From Eledone cirrhosa (taxonomy: Eukaryota): a stretch of DNA of 64,000 bases. Positions 42,101-55,300 of this stretch are shown here, piece after piece. The translations under genes and the position numbers were made by a program. Under the pieces are notes generated by a model. The model was given only the letters and a program-made list of their open reading frames with translations. It was not told where the DNA came from and did no database searches. Where the stretch lies: contig OZ024741.1 of assembly GCA_964016885.1 (NCBI GenBank), positions 5,022,001-5,086,000 of the forward strand. Reading direction: 5' to 3'. Numbering within the stretch: the stretch's first letter is position 1; each line of letters opens with the position of its first letter.

Positions 42101-43899
42101 AACCCTAAATTATAGTGTTTAGTGAATGTTAGAACCGTTTAGAAGGTGCGGGGTATGCTGAATCTGGAGAGTTAGCCTTAAATTATAGTGTTTAGTGAAT
42201 GTTAGAACTGTTTAGGTGGGGGTATGTTGAAACTGGAGAGTTAGCCCTAAATTATAGTGTTTAGTGAATGTTACAACTGTTTAGAAGGTGGGGTATGTTG
42301 AAACTGGAGAGTTAACCCTAAATTATAGTGTTTAGTTAATTTTAGAACTGTTTAGAAGGTGGGGGTATGTTGAATCTGGAGTTAGCCCTAAATTATAGTG
42401 TTTAGTGAGGTTAGAACTGTTTAGAAGGTGGAGGGTAGGTTGAAACTGGAGAGTTAGCCCTAAATCGTAGTGTTTAGTGAATATTAAAACTGTTTAGGTG
42501 GGGGTATGTTGAAACTGGAGAGTTAGCCCTAAATTATAGTGTTTAGTGAATGTTAGAACTGTTTAGAAGGTGGAGGTATGTTGAAACTGGAGAGTTAGCC
42601 CTAAATTATAGTGTTTAGTGAATGTTAAAACTGTTTAGAACGTGGGGTATGTTGAAACTGGACAGTTAAGCCTAAATCAGTGTTTAGTGAATGTTAGAAC
42701 TGTTTAGAAGGTGGGGGTATGTTGAAACTGCAGAGTTAGCCCTAAATTATAGTGTTTAGCGAATGTTAGAACTGTTTAGAAGGTGGGGGATATGCTGAAT
42801 CTGGAGAGTTAGCCCTAAATGATAGTGTTTAGTGAATGTTAGAACTGTTTAGAAGGAGGGGTATGTTGAAACTGGAGAGTTAGCCCTAAATGATAGTGTT
42901 TAGTGAAAGTTAGAACTGTTTAGAAGGTGGAGGGTATATTGAAACTGGACAGTTAACCCTAAATTATAGTGTTTAGTGATTGTTAGAACCGTTTAGAAGG
43001 TGGGGGGGTATGTTGAAACTGGGCAGTTACCCCTAAATTATAGTGTTTAGTGAATGTTAGAACCGTTTAGAAGGTGGGGGGTATGTTGAAACTGGAGAGT
43101 TAGCCCTAAATGATAGTGTTTAATGAATGTTAGAACTGTTTAGAAGGTGGGTGGGGTGTATGTTGAAACTGGACAGTTAACCCTAAATTAGTGTTTAGTG
43201 AACGTTAGAACGGTTTAGAAAGTGGGGTTATGTTGAAACTGGACAGTTAACCCTAAATTATAGTGTTTAGTGAATGTTAGAACTGTTTAGAAGGTGGAGG
43301 GTATGTTGAAACTGGAGAATTAGCCCTAAATTATAGTGTTTAGTGAATGTTAAAACTGTTTAGAAGGTGGGGTATGTTGAAACTGGAGAGTTAACCCTAA
43401 ATTATAGTTTTTAGTGAATGTTAGAACTGTTTAGAAGGTGGGGGTATGTTGAAACTGGACAGTTAACCCTAAATTAAAGTGTTTTTTGAATGTTAGAACT
43501 GTTTAGAAGTCGGGTGGAGGGTATGTTGAAACTGGACAGTTGACCCTAAATTATAGTGTTTAGTGAATGTTAGAACTGTTTAGAAGGTGGAGGGTATGTT
43601 GAAACTGGACAGTTAACCCTAAATTATAGTGTTTAGTGAATGTTAGAACTGTTTAGAATGTGGGGGGTATGTTGAAACTGAAGAGATAGCCCTAAATTAT
43701 AGTTTAGTGAATGTTAGAACTGTTAAGAAGGTGGGGGGTATGTTGAATCTGGAGAGTTAGCCCTAAATTATAGTGTTTAGTGAATGTTAGAACTGTTTAG
43801 AAGGTGGAGGGCAATGTTGAAACTGGAGAGTTAGCCCTAAATTATAGTGTTTAGTGAATGTTAGAACTGTTTAGAAGGTGGGAGTATGTTGAAACTGGC

Positions 43900-46800
43900 G
43901 AGTTAGCCCTAAATGATAGTGTTTAGTGAATGTTAGAACTGTTTAGAAGGTAGGTGGGGGGTATGTTGAAACTGGACAGTTAACCCTAAATTAGTGTTTA
44001 GTGAACGTTAGAACGGTTTAGAAAGTGGGGGTTATGTTGAAACTGGACAGTTAAGCCTAAATTATAGTGTTTAGTGAATGTTAGAACGGTTTTGACAATG
44101 TGGGGGTTATGTTGAAACTGGAGAGTTACCCCTAAATTATAGTGTTTAGTGAATGTTAGAACTGTTTAGAAGGTGGGGGTATGTTGAAACTGGACAGTTA
44201 ACCCTAAATTATAGTGTTTGGTGAATATTAAACTGTTTAGAAGGTGGGGGTATGTTGAAACTGGACAGTTATCCTTAAATTATAGTGTTTAGTGAATGTG
44301 AGACTGTTTAGAAGTTGGGTGGAGGGTATGTTGAAACTGGACAGTTAACCCTAAATTATAGTGTTTAGTGAATGTTAGAACCGTTTAGAAGGTGCGGGGT
44401 ATGCTGAATCTGGAGAGTTAGCCTTAAATTATAGTGTTTAGTGAATGTTAGAACTGTTTAGGTGGGGGTATGTTGAAACTGGAGAGTTAGCCCTAAATTA
44501 TAGTGTTTAGTGAATGTTACAACTGTTTAGAAGGTGGGGTATGTTGAAACTGGAGAGTTAACCCTAAATTATAGTGTTTAGTTAATTTTAGAACTGTTTA
44601 GAAGGTGGGGGTATGTTGAATCTGGAGTTAGCCCTAAATTATAGTGTTTAGTGAGGTTAGAACTGTTTAGAAGGTGGAGGGTAGGTTGAAACTGGAGAGT
44701 TAGCCCTAAATTATAGTGTTTAGTGAATATTAAAACTGTTTAGGTGGGGGTATGTTGAAACTGGAGAGTTAGCCCTAAATTATAGTGTTTAGTGAATGTT
44801 AGAACTGTTTAGAAGGTGGGGGTATGTTGAAACTGGAGAGTTAGCCCTAAATTATAGTGTTTAGGGAATGTTAAAACTGTTTAGAACGTGGGGTATGTTG
44901 AAACTGGACAGTTAAGCCTAAATCAGTGTTTAGTGAATGTTAGAACTGTTTAGAAGGTGGGGGTATGTTGAAACTGGAGAGTTAGCCCTAAATTATAGTG
45001 TTTAGTGAATGTTTGAACTGTTTAGAAGGTGGGGGATATGCTGAATCTGGAGAGTTAGCCCTAAATTATAGTGTTTAGTGAATGTTAGAACTGTTTAGAA
45101 GGTGGGGGGTATGTTGAATCTGGAGAGTTAGCCCTAAATTATAGTGTTTAGTGAATGTTAGAACTGTTTAGAAGGTGGAGGGTATATTGAAACTGGACAG
45201 TTAACCCTAAATTATAGTGTTTAGTGATTGTTAGAACCGTTTAGAAGGTGGGGGGGGGGGTATGTTGAAACTGGGCAGTTAACCCCAAATTATAGTTTTT
45301 AGTGAATGTTAGAACCGTTTAGAAGGTGGGGGGTATGTTGAAACTGGAGAGTTAGCCCTAAATGATAGTGTTTAATGAATGTTAGAACTGTTTAGAAGTG
45401 GGTGGGGGTATGTTGAAACTGGACAGTTACCCCTAAATTATAGTGTTTAGTGAATGTTAGAACGGTTTAGAAAGTGGGGGTTATGTTGAAACTGGACAGT
45501 TAACCCTAAATTATAGTGTTTAGTGAATGTTAGAACTGTTTAGAAGGTGGGGGGTATGTTGAAACTGGACAGTTAACCCTAAATTAAAGTGTTTTTTGAA
45601 TGTTAGAACTGTTTAGAAGTCGGGTGGAGGGTATGTTGAAACTGGACAGTTGACCCTAAATTATAGTGTTTAGTGAATGTTAGAACTGTTTAGAAGGTGG
45701 AGGGTATGTTGAAACTGGACAGTTAACTCTAAATTATAGTGTTTAGTGAATGTTAGAACTGTTTAGAATGTGGGGGGTATGTTGAAACTGAAGAGATAGC
45801 CCTAAATTATAGTTTAGTGAATGTTAGAACTGTTTAGAAGGTGGGGGGTATGTTGAATCTGGAGAGTTAGCCCTAAATTATAGTGTTTAGTGAATGTTAG
45901 AACTGTTTAGAAGGTGGAGGGCAATGTTGAAACTGGAGAGTTAGCCCTAAATTATAGTGTTTAGTGAATGTTAGAACTGTTTAGAAGGTGGGAGTATGTT
46001 GAAACTGGAGTTAGCCCTAAATGATAGTGTTTAGTGAATGTTAGAACTGTTTAGAAGATGGGTGGGGGGTATGTTGAAACTGGATAGTTAGCCCTAAATT
46101 ATAGTGTTTAGTGAATGTTAGAACCGTTTAGAAGGTGGGGGGTATGTTGAATCTGGAGAGTTATCCCTAAATTATAGTGTTTAGTGAATGTTAGAACTGT
46201 TTAGAAGGTGGAGGGTATGTTGAAACTGGAGAGTTAGCCCTAAATGATAGTGTTTAGTGAATGTTAGAACTGTTTAGAAGGAGGGGTATGTTGAAACTGG
46301 AGAGTTAGCCCTAAATGATAGTGTTTAGTGAATGTTAGAACTGTTTAGAAGGTAGGTGGGGGGTATGTTGAAACTGGACAGTTAACCCTAAATTAGTGTT
46401 TAGTGAACGTTAGAACGGTTTAGAAAGTGGGGGTTATGTTGAAACTGGACAGTTAAGCCTAAATTATAGTGTTTAGTGAATGTTAGAACGGTTTTGACAA
46501 TGTGGGGGTTATGTTGAAACTGGACAGTTACCCCTAAATTATAGTGTTTAGTGAATGTTAGAACTGTTTAGAAGGTGGGGGTATGTTGAAACTGGACAGT
46601 TAACCCTAAATTATAGTGTTTGGTGAATATTAAACTGTTTAGAAGGTGGGGGTATGTTGAAACTGGACAGTTATCCTTAAATTATAGTGTTTAGTGAATG
46701 TGAGACTGTTTAGAAGTTGGGTGGAGGGTATGTTGAAACTGGACAGTTAACCCTAAATTATAGTGTTTAGTGAATGTTAGAACCGTTTAGAAGGTGCGGG

Positions 46801-49800
46801 GTATGCTGAATCTGGAGAGTTAGCCTTAAATTATAGTGTTTAGTGAATGTTAGAACAGTTTAGGTGGGGGTATGTTGAAACTGGAGAGTTAGCCCTAAAT
46901 TATAGTGTTTAGTGAATGTTACAACTGTTTAGAAGGTGGGGTATGTTGAAACTGGAGAGTTAACCCTAAATTATAGTGTTTAGTTAATTTTAGAACTGTT
47001 TAGAAGGTGGGGGTATGTTGAATCTGGAGTTAGCCCTAAATTATAGTGTTTAGTGAGGTTAGAACTGTTTAGAAGGTGGAGGGTAGGTTGAAACTGGAGA
47101 GTTAGCCCTAAATTATAGTGTTTAGTGAATATTAAAACTGTTTAGGTGGGGGTATGTTGAAACTGGAGAGTTAGCCCTAAATTATAGTGTTTAGTGAATG
47201 TTAGAACTGTTTAGAAGGTGGAGGTATGTTGAAACTGGAGAGTTAGCCCTAAATTATAGTGTTTAGTGAATGTTAAAACTGTTTAGAACGTGGGGTATGT
47301 TGAAACTGGACAGTTAAGCCTAAATCAGTGTTTAGTGAATGTTAGAACTGTTTAGAAGGTGGGGGTATGTTGAAACTGCAGAGTTAGCCCTAAATTATAG
47401 TGTTTAGCGAATGTTAGAACTGTTTAGAAGGTGGGGGATATGCTGAATCTGGAGAGTTAGCCCTAAATGATAGTGTTTAGTGAATGTTAGAACTGTTTAG
47501 AAGGAGGGGTATGTTGAAACTGGAGAGTTAGCCCTAAATGATAGTGTTTAGTGAAAGTTAGAACTGTTTAGAAGGTGGAGGGTATATTGAAACTGGACAG
47601 TTAACCCTAAATTATAGTGTTTAGTGATTGTTAGAACCGTTTAGAAGGTGGGGGGGTATGTTTAAACTGGGCAGTTACCCCTAAATTATAGTGTTTAGTG
47701 AATGTTAGAACTGTTTAGAAGGTGGGAGTATGTTGAAACTGGAGAGTTAGCCCTAAATGATAGTGTTTAGTGAATGTTAGAACTGTTTAGAAGATGGGTG
47801 GGGGGTATGTTGAAACTGGACAGTTAGCCCTAAATTATAGTGTTTAGTGAATGTTAGAACCGTTTAGAAGGTGGGGGGTATGTTGAATCTGGAGAGTTAT
47901 CCCTAAATTATAGTGTTTAGTGAATGTTAGAACTGTTTAGAAGGTGGAGGGTATGTTGAAACTGGAGAGTTAGCCCTAAATGATAGTGTTTAGTGAATGT
48001 TAGAACTGTTTAGAAGGAGGGGTATGTTGAAACTGGAGAGTTAGCCCTAAATGATAGTGTTTAGTGAATGTTAGAACTGTTTAGAAGGTAGGTGGGGGGT
48101 ATGTTGAAACTGGACAGTTAACCCTAAATTAGTGTTTAGTGAACGTTAGAACGGTTTAGAAAGTGGGGGTTATGTTGAAACTGGACAGTTAAGCCTAAAT
48201 TATAGTGTTTAGTGAATGTTAGAACGGTTTTGACAATGTGGGGGTTATGTTGAAACTGGAGAGTTACCCCTAAATTATAGTGTTTAGTGAATGTTAGAAC
48301 TGTTTAGAAGGTGGGGGTATGTTGAAACTGGACAGTTAACCCTAAATTATAGTGTTTGGTGAATATTAAACTGTTTAGAAGGTGGGGGTATGTTGAAACT
48401 GGACAGTTATCCTTAAATTATAGTGTTTAGTGAATGTGAGACTGTTTAGAAGTTGGGTGGAGGGTATGTTGAAACTGGACAGTTAACCCTAAATTATAGT
48501 GTTTAGTGAATGTTAGAACCGTTTAGAAGGTGCGGGGTATGCTGAATCTGGAGAGTTAGCCTTAAATTATAGTGTTTAGTGAATGTTAGAACTGTTTAGG
48601 TGGGGGTATGTTGAAACTGGAGAGTTAGCCCTAAATTATAGTGTTTAGTGAATGTTACAACTGTTTAGAAGGTGGGGTATGTTGAAACTGGAGAGTTAAC
48701 CCTAAATTATAGTGTTTAGTTAATTTTAGAACTGTTTAGAAGGTGGGGGTATGTTGAATCTGGAGTTAGCCCTAAATTATAGTGTTTAGTGAGGTTAGAA
48801 CTGTTTAGAAGGTGGAGGGTAGGTTGAAACTGGAGAGTTAGCCCTAAATTATAGTGTTTAGTGAATATTAAAACTGTTTAGGTGGGGGTATGTTGAAACT
48901 GGAGAGTTAGCCCTAAATTATAGTGTTTAGTGAATGTTAGAACTGTTTAGAAGGTGGGGGTATGTTGAAACTGGAGAGTTAGCCCTAAATTATAGTGTTT
49001 AGGGAATGTTAAAACTGTTTAGAACGTGGGGTATGTTGAAACTGGACAGTTAAGCCTAAATCAGTGTTTAGTGAATGTTAGAACTGTTTAGAAGGTGGGG
49101 GTATGTTGAAACTGGAGAGTTAGCCCTAAATTATAGTGTTTAGTGAATGTTTGAACTGTTTAGAAGGTGGGGGATATGCTGAATCTGGAGAGATAGCCCT
49201 AAATTATAGTGTTTAGTGAATGTTAGAACTGTTTAGAAGGTGGGGGGTATGTTGAATCTGGAGAGTTAGCCCTAAATTATAGTGTTTAGTGAATGTTAGA
49301 ACTGTTTAGAAGGTGGAGGGTATATTGAAACTGGACAGTTAACCCTAAATTATAGTGTTTAGTGATTGTTAGAACCGTTTAGAAGGTGGGGGGGGGGGTA
49401 TGTTGAAACTGGGCAGTTAACCCCAAATTATAGTTTTTAGTGAATGTTAGAACCGTTTAGAAGGTGGGGGGTATGTTGAAACTGGAGAGTTAGCCCTAAA
49501 TGATAGTGTTTAATGAATGTTAGAACTGTTTAGAAGTGGGTGGGGGTATGTTGAAACTGGACAGTTACCCCTAAATTATAGTGTTTAGTGAATGTTAGAA
49601 CGGTTTAGAAAGTGGGGGTTATGTTGAAACTGGACAGTTAACCCTAAATTATAGTGTTTAGTGAATGTTAGAACTGTTTAGAAGGTGGGGGGTATGTTGA
49701 AACTGGACAGTTAACCCTAAATTAAAGTGTTTTTTGAATGTTAGAACTGTTTAGAAGTCGGGTGGAGGGTATGTTGAAACTGGACAGTTGACCCTAAATT

Positions 49801-52395
49801 ATAGTGTTTAGTGAATGTTAGAACTGTTTAGAAGGTGGAGGGTATGTTGAAACTGGACAGTTAACCCTAAATTATAGTGTTTAGTGAATGTTAGAACTGT
49901 TTAGAATGTGGGGGGTATGTTGAAACTGAAGAGATAGCCCTAAATTATAGTTTAGTGAATGTTAGAACTGTTTAGAAGGTGGGGGGTATGTTGAATCTGG
50001 AGAGTTAGCCCTAAATTATAGTGTTTAGTGAATGTTAGAACTGTTTAGAAGGTGGAGGGCAATGTTGAAACTGGAGAGTTAGCCCTAAATTATAGTGTTT
50101 AGTGAATGTTAGAACTGTTTAGAAGGTGGGAGTATGTTGAAACTGGAGTTAGCCCTAAATGATAGTGTTTAGTGAATGTTAGAACTGTTTAGAAGATGGG
50201 TGGGGGGTATGTTGAAACTGGATAGTTAGCCCTAAATTATAGTGTTTAGTGAATGTTAGAACCGTTTAGAAGGTGGGGGGTATGTTGAATCTGGAGAGTT
50301 ATCCCTAAATTATAGTGTTTAGTGAATGTTAGAACTGTTTAGAAGGTGGAGGGTATGTTGAAACTGGAGAGTTAGCCCTAAATGATAGTGTTTAGTGAAT
50401 GTTAGAACTGTTTAGAAGGAGGGGTATGTTGAAACTGGAGAGTTAGCCCTAAATGATAGTGTTTAGTGAATGTTAGAACTGTTTAGAAGGTAGGTGGGGG
50501 GTATGTTGAAGCTGGACAGTTAACCCTAAATTAGTGTTTAGTGAACGTTAGAACGGTTTAGAAAGTGGGGGTTATGTTGAAACTGGACAGTTAAGCCTAA
50601 ATTATAGTGTTTAGTGAATGTTAGAACGGTTTTGACAATGTGGGGGTTATGTTGAAACTGGACAGTTACCCCTAAATTATAGTGTTTAGTGAATGTTAGA
50701 ACTGTTTAGAAGGTGGGGGTATGTTGAAACTGGACAGTTAACCCTAAATTATAGTGTTTGGTGAATATTAAACTGTTTAGAAGGTGGGGGTATGTTGAAA
50801 CTGGACAGTTATCCTTAAATTATAGTGTTTAGTGAATGTGAGACTGTTTAGAAGTTGGGTGGAGGGTATGTTGAAACTGGACAGTTAACCCTAAATTATA
50901 GTGTTTAGTGAATGTTAGAACCGTTTAGAAGGTGCGGGGTATGCTGAATCTGGAGAGTTAGCCTTAAATTATAGTGTTTAGTGAATGTTAGAACAGTTTA
51001 GGTGGGGGTATGTTGAAACTGGAGAGTTAGCCCTAAATTATAGTGTTTAGTGAATGTTACAACTGTTTAGAAGGTGGGGTATGTTGAAACTGGAGAGTTA
51101 ACCCTAAATTATAGTGTTTAGTTAATTTTAGAACTGTTTAGAAGGTGGGGGTATGTTGAATCTGGAGTTAGCCCTAAATTATAGTGTTTAGTGAGGTTAG
51201 AACTGTTTAGAAGGTGGAGGGTAGGTTGAAACTGGAGAGTTAGCCCTAAATTATAGTGTTTAGTGAATATTAAAACTGTTTAGGTGGGGGTATGTTGAAA
51301 CTGGAGAGTTAGCCCTAAATTATAGTGTTTAGTGAATGTTAGAACTGTTTAGAAGGTGGAGGTATGTTGAAACTGGAGAGTTAGCCCTAAATTATAGTGT
51401 TTAGTGAATGTTAAAACTGTTTAGAACGTGGGGTATGTTGAAACTGGACAGTTAAGCCTAAATCAGTGTTTAGTGAATGTTAGAACTGTTTAGAAGGTGG
51501 GGGTATGTTGAAACTGCAGAGTTAGCCCTAAATTATAGTGTTTAGCGAATGTTAGAACTGTTTAGAAGGTGGGGGATATGCTGAATCTGGAGAGTTAGCC
51601 CTAAATGATAGTGTTTAGTGAATGTTAGAACTGTTTAGAAGGAGGGGTATGTTGAAACTGGAGAGTTAGCCCTAAATGATAGTGTTTAGTGAAAGTTAGA
51701 ACTGTTTAGAAGGTGGAGGGTATATTGAAACTGGACAGTTAACCCTAAATTATAGTGTTTAGTGATTGTTAGAACCGTTTAGAAGGTGGGGGGGTATGTT
51801 GAAACTGGGCAGTTACCCCTAAATTATAGTGTTTAGTGAATGTTAGAACTGTTTAGAAGGTGGGAGTATGTTGAAACTGGAGAGTTAGCCCTAAATGATA
51901 GTGTTTAGTGAATGTTAGAACTGTTTAGAAGATGGGTGGGGGGTATGTTGAAACTGGACAGTTAGCCCTAAATTATAGTGTTTAGTGAATGTTAGAACCG
52001 TTTAGAAGGTGGGGGGTATGTTGAATCTGGAGAGTTATCCCTAAATTATAGTGTTTAGTGAATGTTAGAACTGTTTAGAAGGTGGAGGGTATGTTGAAAC
52101 TGGAGAGTTAGCCCTAAATGATAGTGTTTAGTGAATGTTAGAACTGTTTAGAAGGAGGGGTATGTTGAAACTGGAGAGTTAGCCCTAAATGATAGTGTTT
52201 AGTGAATGTTAGAACTGTTTAGAAGGTAGGTGGGGGGTATGTTGAAACTGGACAGTTAACCCTAAATTAGTGTTTAGTGAACGTTAGAACGGTTTAGAAA
52301 GTGGGGGTTATGTTGAAACTGGACAGTTAAGCCTAAATTATAGTGTTTAGTGAATGTTAGAACGGTTTTGACAATGTGGGGGTTATGTTGAAACT
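43900..52395. repeat. 4138-bp (~57-monomer) tandem duplication
   Basis: AGGGAATG 44863/49001, TGGATAG 46081/50219 and GAACAG 46853/50991; all offsets are 4138. Confidence 0.9.
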
Positions 52396-55300
52396 GGACA
52401 GTTACCCCTAAATTATAGTGTTTAGTGAATGTTAAAACTGTTTAGAAGGTGGGGGTATGTTGAAACTGGACAGTTAACCCTAAATTATAGTGTTTGGTGA
52501 ATATTAAACTGTTTAGAAGGTGGGGGTATGTTGAAACTGGACAGTTATCCTTAAATTATAGTGTTTAGTGAATGTGAGACTGTTTAGAAGTTGGGTGGAG
52601 GGTATGTTGAAACTGGACAGTTAACCCTAAATTATAGTGTTTAGTGAATGTTAGAACCGTTTAGAAGGTGCGGGGTATGCTGAATCTGGAGAGTTAGCCT
52701 TAAATTATAGTGTTTAGTGAATGTTAGAACTGTTTAGGTGGGGGTATGTTGAAACTGGAGAGTTAGCCCTAAATTATAGTGTTTAGTGAATGTTACAACT
52801 GTTTAGAAGGTGGGGTATGTTGAAACTGGAGAGTTAACCCTAAATTATAGTGTTTAGTTAATTTTAGAACTGTTTAGAAGGTGGGGGTATGTTGAATCTG
52901 GAGTTAGCCCTAAATTATAGTGTTTAGTGAGGTTAGAACTGTTTAGAAGGTGGAGGGTAGGTTGAAACTGGAGAGTTAGCCCTAAATTATAGTGTTTAGT
53001 GAATATTAAAACTGTTTAGGTGGGGGTATGTTGAAACTGGAGAGTTAGCCCTAAATTATAGTGTTTAGTGAATGTTAGAACTGTTTAGAAGGTGGAGGTA
53101 TGTTGAAACTGGAGAGTTAGCCCTAAATTATAGTGTTTAGTGAATGTTAAAACTGTTTAGAACGTGGGGTATGTTGAAACTGGACAGTTAAGCCTAAATC
53201 AGTGTTTAGTGAATGTTAGAACTGTTTAGAAGGTGGGGGTATGTTGAAACTGCAGAGTTAGCCCTAAATTATAGTGTTTAGCGAATGTTAGAACTGTTTA
53301 GAAGGTGGGGGATATGCTGAATCTGGAGAGTTAGCCCTAAATGATAGTGTTTAGTGAATGTTAGAACTGTTTAGAAGGAGGGGTATGTTGAAACTGGAGA
53401 GTTAGCCCTAAATGATAGTGTTTAGTGAAAGTTAGAACTGTTTAGAAGGTGGAGGGTATATTGAAACTGGACAGTTAACCCTAAATTATAGTGTTTAGTG
53501 ATTGTTAGAACCGTTTAGAAGGTGGGGGGTATGTTGAAACTGGGCAGTTACCCCTAAATTATAGTGTTTAGTGAATGTTAGAACCGTTTAGAAGGTGGGG
53601 GGTATGTTGAAACTGGAGAGTTAGCCCTAAATGATAGTGTTTAATGAATGTTAGAACTGTTTAGAAGGTGGGTGGGGTGTATGTTGAAACTGGACAGTTA
53701 ACCCTAAATTAGTGTTTAGTGAACGTTAGAACGGTTTAGAAAGTGGGGGTTATGTTGAAACTGGACAGTTAACCCTAAATTATAGTGTTTAGTGAATGTT
53801 AGAACTGTTTAGAAGGTGGAGGGTATGTTGAAACTGGAGAATTAGCCCTAAATTATAGTGTTTAGTGAATGTTAAAACTGTTTAGAAGGTGTGGTATGTT
53901 GAAACTGGAGAGTTAACCCTAAATTATAGTTTTTAGTGAATGTTAGAACTGTTTAGAAGGTGGGGGTATGTTGAAACTGGACAGTTAACCCTAAATTAAA
54001 GTGTTTTTTGAATGTTAGAACTGTTTAGAAGTCGGGTGGAGGGTATGTTGAAACTGGACAGTTGACCCTAAATTATAGTGTTTAGTGAATGTTAGAACTG
54101 TTTAGAAGGTGGAGGGTATGTTGAAACTGGACAGTTAACCCTAAATTATAGTGTTTAGTGAATGTTAGAACTGTTTAGAATGTGGGGGGTATGTTGAAAC
54201 TGAAGAGATAGCCCTAAATTATAGTTTAGTGAATGTTAGAACTGTTTAGAAGGTGGGGGGTATGTTGAATCTGGAGAGTTAGCCCTAAATTATAGTGTTT
54301 AGTGAATGTTAGAACTGTTTAGAAGGTGGAGGGCAATGTTGAAACTGGAGAGTTAGCCCTAAATTATAGTGTTTAGTGAATGTTAGAACTGTTTAGAAGG
54401 TGGGAGTATGTTGAAACTGGAGAGTTAGCCCTAAATGATAGTGTTTAGTGAATGTTAGAACTGTTTAGAAGGTAGGTGGGGGGTATGTTGAAACTGGACA
54501 GTTAACCCTAAATTAGTGTTTAGTGAACGTTAGAACGGTTTAGAAAGTGGGGGTTATGTTGAAACTGGACAGTTAAGCCTAAATTATAGTGTTTAGTGAA
54601 TGTTAGAACGGTTTTGACAATGTGGGGGTTATGTTGAAACTGGAGAGTTACCCCTAAATTATAGTGTTTAGTGAATGTTAGAACTGTTTAGAAGGTGGGG
54701 GTATGTTGAAACTGGACAGTTAACCCTAAATTATAGTGTTTGGTGAATATTAAACTGTTTAGAAGGTGGGGGTATGTTGAAACTGGACAGTTATCCTTAA
54801 ATTATAGTGTTTAGTGAATGTGAGACTGTTTAGAAGTTGGGTGGAGGGTATGTTGAAACTGGACAGTTAACCCTAAATTATAGTGTTTAGTGAATGTTAG
54901 AACCGTTTAGAAGGTGCGGGGTATGCCGAATCTGGAGAGTTAGCCTTAAATTATAGTGTTTAGTGAATGTTAGAACTGTTTAGGTGGGGGTATGTTGAAA
55001 CTGGAGAGTTAGCCCTAAATTATAGTGTTTAGTGAATGTTACAACTGTTTAGAAGGTGGGGTATGTTGAAACTGGAGAGTTAACCCTAAATTATAGTGTT
55101 TAGTTAATTTTAGAACTGTTTAGAAGGTGGGGGTATGTTGAATCTGGAGTTATCCCTAAATTATAGTGTTTAGTGAGGTTAGAACTGTTTAGAAGGTGGA
55201 GGGTAGGTTGAAACTGGAGAGTTAGCCCTAAATTATAGTGTTTAGTGAATATTAAAACTGTTTAGGTGGGGGTATGTTGAAACTGGAGAGTTAGGCCTAA

